Assembly (NCBI RefSeq): GCF_009914755.1
Contig: NC_060944.1
Reading direction: 5' to 3' (one strand)
Source of the DNA: the human T2T-CHM13v2.0 reference genome, Homo sapiens
DNA length: 64,000 bases
Shown: positions 62,075 to 64,000 of the stretch, in pieces
Numbering within the stretch: position 1 is the stretch's first letter
Layout: every line of letters starts with the position of its first letter
Made by a program: the position numbers and the translations under genes
Notes under the pieces: generated by a model
What the model was told of the DNA's origin: nothing
Database searches by the model: none
What the model saw: only the letters and a program-made list of their open reading frames with translations

Positions 62075-63562
62075 GTGTATTTGCCCCGACCTTGCCCTGT
62101 GGTTCTGCATGTCTGTGCTCTTCCTCAACCCTCCCTAAACAGTTTGCCAGATTCAAGTCCGTGTGATTTGGGCCCGAGCTGGGTGTCCCAGGGCAAGCCA
62201 CCTTGCCTGTCTAGGCCTCTATGTCAGGACTCCCTGGCCTTCATGAAGAATAGCAAACTCATCCCTGTAGGGACCAGGCAGGTAACATAGACGAGTGACT
62301 CTGGGTGGACAGTGGTGTCATGACCCACTTCAAGGGGCCTACCTCCTGCCAGTTGTGACCCTGTGGGAATGCAGTCCACAGTGGCCAGGTGGCCAGATTT
62401 TTCAAGAAAAGCTGGATGGATGTTTCTGAGTCATCTTAATTTCAAAATGAGACTCATATTTTAAAATTTCTGTGGGCCAAATGAAACAAGTATGCAGGCA
62501 GGTCTGGTCCGAGGGGGCTGGCTTGGCCATGCCTTTCTGTGCCTTTAATGAGGACTAAGAAGCAAGATTGGGCCACACTGTCTGGACTCAAAGCCCAGCT
62601 CCACCACTGAGCACCCGTGTGACTCTTTCCATATGTATAACGTGGGGATAATAATAATAGCTGCTTCACAGGATGAAATGAAGTTTGAGGTGAGAAGCAT
62701 TCACCATGGTGCCCATCGTGTTACTCCATTGTCAGAGGAGGAAACGGGGTCAGGCAGGAAAGCAACTTAAAGGAGGGCCTGCAAGCAGCCAGGGTCAGAG
62801 ACAGGGCTTGGTTCTGCTTCCTGGTGAAGCATGGCTTCGGGGTGCTGCCTCTCCCTCCCTGTTTGAATCTGCAGATTGTGTTAGGCCCCCAGCTGAGGGC
62901 CTGGAGTGGTGGGATTGGTCCCAGTGCCTGGCGCACATTGGCCTGCAGAGTAGATTAACTGAATGACCAAAGAGCAACAGAAGTCTAGTGATTCTTGTCT
63001 TTGAGGTTCTGACTGGTGTTTTACAACTGAGTCCAAGGCTTTTCCCTCCTTTGTCCCTCTGACACCCCTCCCCCTAATTCTCATCTGTCAGATCCAGTGT
63101 ATTCCTAAGCTGGGACAAAGCCTCTGTTTTCCCAGTAGGAGCCAGGGCTGAGTGTGGAAATTACAGTGACTGCTTCTTCTCAGCTTCTCTGGTTGAAAGC
63201 AAGCTGGCGAAGTAAGAGGAGGTAGAGTTGAGAAGGTGTGGAAGATAGGGACAGCTGCCCCCAGAACTCCCTTCAAGGGAGGACTTCCCCAGCTATGGGA
63301 AGTGCCATCAGGGTGGCCGCAGCTGCAGAGAGCCACTTCACCTGAGACCACGCCCTTCCTGGGGCAGCCTGTATCTGGTGTCTGAGTGAGGCATGGTATA
63401 AACACCTGGTCATTTCAATCCAACATGGGACGGACACTGACAGACAGTACTCCCAGCAGGCCCAGGCCAGCCAGGGCTTCGTCAGGCCTGCAGCACAATT
63501 TGACTTCCTATGCCCAGGCCTGCTTCCTCTTCTTCCTCTTCTTTTCACAGGTGCTTATTCCT

Positions 63563-63568
63563 AATAAA
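63563..63568 (+). terminator. SOX12 distal polyadenylation signal
   Basis: AATAAA followed by a GU/U-rich element, ending a ~3.3-kb Alu-free 3' region. Confidence 0.7.
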
Positions 63569-64000
63569 CATCTTGCAACCCAAACTCAGTCTCATTGTCT
63601 GTTTCTAGAGAAACCCAGTCTACAACAGAGGGTTCAAGAGACTGGACAAAGGGAATTGGGTCAGTGGCCCAGCAACTGCAGCTAGGCCGGTCGGATGTAT
63701 CCTAATGTCAAGAGTCTGTTCACCGATGCCATCAGCACCAAACTAGGGGCTGCACACTTTCCTAGTCTGCACACCAGTCACGTCAATTAGAGACTCCAGC
63801 CTCAGCCCGAAGGCCTTCCAGGGCCCCCTGCTGATGCCATTCTCACTGCCAGTCCGTCCCCTGGTAAAAGCAGGTGGGAGGGAGGTCGTCATCTGAGTTT
63901 GTCTTACAGAATAGCCTGGAATGGGGTGCACGGTAAAATGCCTGACCGGAGATAATGCTAGAGCTGTGGAACCTTGGGCAAGCCTCTTCCCCTTTGTGGG

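Overview
GC- and Alu-rich mammalian DNA. I recognise it from the encoded proteins as human chr20p13. It holds three protein-coding genes. C20orf96 is on the minus strand with 11 coding exons; I reconstructed them by hand and they join into a 363-aa coiled-coil protein. ZCCHC3 is intronless, plus strand, 403 aa, with three CCHC knuckles. SOX12 is intronless, plus strand, 315 aa, a SoxC HMG-box factor. The rest is dense in Alu, MIR, L1, L2 and LTR relics, with an ~850-bp G-rich VNTR and a 64-bp minisatellite inside C20orf96. The most interesting observation is a decayed minus-strand reading frame at ~27125-28123, head-to-head with ZCCHC3. By hand it aligns colinearly with ZCCHC3's central domain and first two zinc knuckles, so it may be a fossil paralogue of this ORF1p-like gene. 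That alignment is manual and needs a profile search to confirm. Repeat subfamily names are from memory and repeat boundaries are approximate.
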